From a virus (Duplodnaviria > Caudoviricetes), in the IMG/VR virus record IMGVR_UViG_3300020577_013187, positions 1 through 64,000 of that record: DNA of 64,000 nt, one strand, 5' to 3'. Below, one piece after another: positions 63,275-64,000 of the stretch (position 1 is the first letter of the stretch; every line of letters begins with the position of its first letter). The position numbers and the translations under genes were made by a program. Below the pieces are notes generated by a model. The model worked only from the letters and a program-made list of their open reading frames with translations, ran no database searches and was not told where the DNA came from.

Positions 63275-63841
63275 TTATTTCTTTTTTCTCCATAGAATCT
63301 CTTCATGGGCATCATATCTTTCCCAATGTACTTGTTCCCAACCATCTTTTGATAAATCTGGACTACCATCCCACATTTTTCGAGGGCCCTCAGTAATCTT
63401 ATATTTATATTCATACTCATCTTGAATTTTAATATCTTTACTTTTAAGATAATCAAGCTGACATCTTATAGAATCTAAAGCCATTTTATGAGAGTATAGG
63501 TTACTTATTTGATCTCTTAGCCTTTCAATCTCATTTTCTTGTTTTTTTATTTTTTCTTTTAGAGCTTCTTGAACCTCCATTGCAGTAGTATGAAGATTTT
63601 GCCAATGCTCTACTTCTTCTATAAGACCAGAAATTATTTGAGGGGACTCGGTAATAAGACGAGTATTTGAAAAATACTGTTTATCGGTAATTGGTAAACT
63701 TGTAATAACAGATTCGATTATAGGAACATCATCATTTGAAATAATAGTAAAGAACTTATGAGAAGGAAGTTTAAACATATCCCAAGGCCATGGGCTAATT
63801 TCTTGTAGTATCTTTTTAATTTTTTCAATTGGATAGATCAT
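63275..63841 (-). CDS. Ead/Ea22-like protein with coiled coil
   Basis: ISPWPW...TRLITESPQIISGLIEEVE; start trimmed to MIYPIEK. Confidence 0.6.
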   Translation of the reverse strand: MIYPIEKIKKILQEISPWPWDMFKLPSHKFFTIISNDDVPIIESVITSLPITDKQYFSNTRLITESPQIISGLIEEVEHWQNLHTTAMEVQEALKEKIKKQENEIERLRDQISNLYSHKMALDSIRCQLDYLKSKDIKIQDEYEYKYKITEGPRKMWDGSPDLSKDGWEQVHWERYDAHEEILWRKKK

Positions 63842-63851
63842 AGAATTTCTT

Positions 63852-64000
63852 TTATTTTTTTTGAGTTTTCTTAGATAAGCCGATGACTGAGTATTTAAAA
63901 CTACTGCCACCCAAATAGTGGGGCTCATATCCTGCATCATTAATAGCGTGCCAAATATATTTTGGCAGATTATAAACTCTACCAACATATCTAAATTTAA
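63852..64000 (-). CDS. Partial CDS entering from beyond the window
   Basis: Open frame FRYVGRVYNLPKYIWHAINDAGYEPHYLGGSSFKYSVIGLSKKTQKK* ending 11 nt before the next ATG. Confidence 0.5.
   Translation of the reverse strand, partial: KFRYVGRVYNLPKYIWHAINDAGYEPHYLGGSSFKYSVIGLSKKTQKK

Noticed and set aside
1367-63456. Other short shadow ORFs in the track (1367, 4973, 10158, 11713, 12475, 16028, 18231, 19936, 26946, 32962, 33446, 36175, 36802, 44623, 45025, 45131+, 49657, 54829, 55849, 55883, 60574, 63235)
   Set aside because: They overlap well-supported genes in another frame or strand, lack RBSs and have low-complexity or hydrophobic composition typical of AT-rich antisense frames.
1-64000. 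CRISPR array, integrase/att site, diversity-generating retroelement, invertible fibre cassette
   Set aside because: No regularly spaced repeat-spacer units, recombinase or reverse transcriptase were seen; fibre repeats are direct coding repeats, not inverted sites.

Overview
AT-rich segment of a large tailed dsDNA phage genome with a contractile tail (myovirus morphotype), standard genetic code, and native genes using Shine-Dalgarno RBSs and sigma70-like promoters. 1-2.8 kb (+): SF2 helicase, a probable wHTH protein, tRNA-Ser(UGA), an unusual ~130-nt tRNA-shaped RNA and a third promoter-driven hairpin element. 2.8-39.5 kb (-): virion morphogenesis operon (baseplate, tape measure with lytic transglycosylase, tube, sheath, neck, major capsid, scaffold, fibres, prohead protease) with embedded accessory genes (lipoprotein metalloprotease, Tad1-like protein, candidate sRNA). 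Portal and terminase were not recognised in the window. 39.6-64 kb (-): dense early/accessory region of small ORFs with RNA-repair enzymes (RtcB, DRB0094-type RNA ligase, Pol-beta nucleotidyltransferase), nucleases, methyltransferases and an orphan antitoxin-like HTH. It also holds a complete 3.6-kb IS1595-family transposon (25-bp TIRs, 8-bp TSD) carrying a methyltransferase plus HNH endonuclease, inserted just behind a phage promoter. All family calls are from motif recognition by eye; no searches were run.
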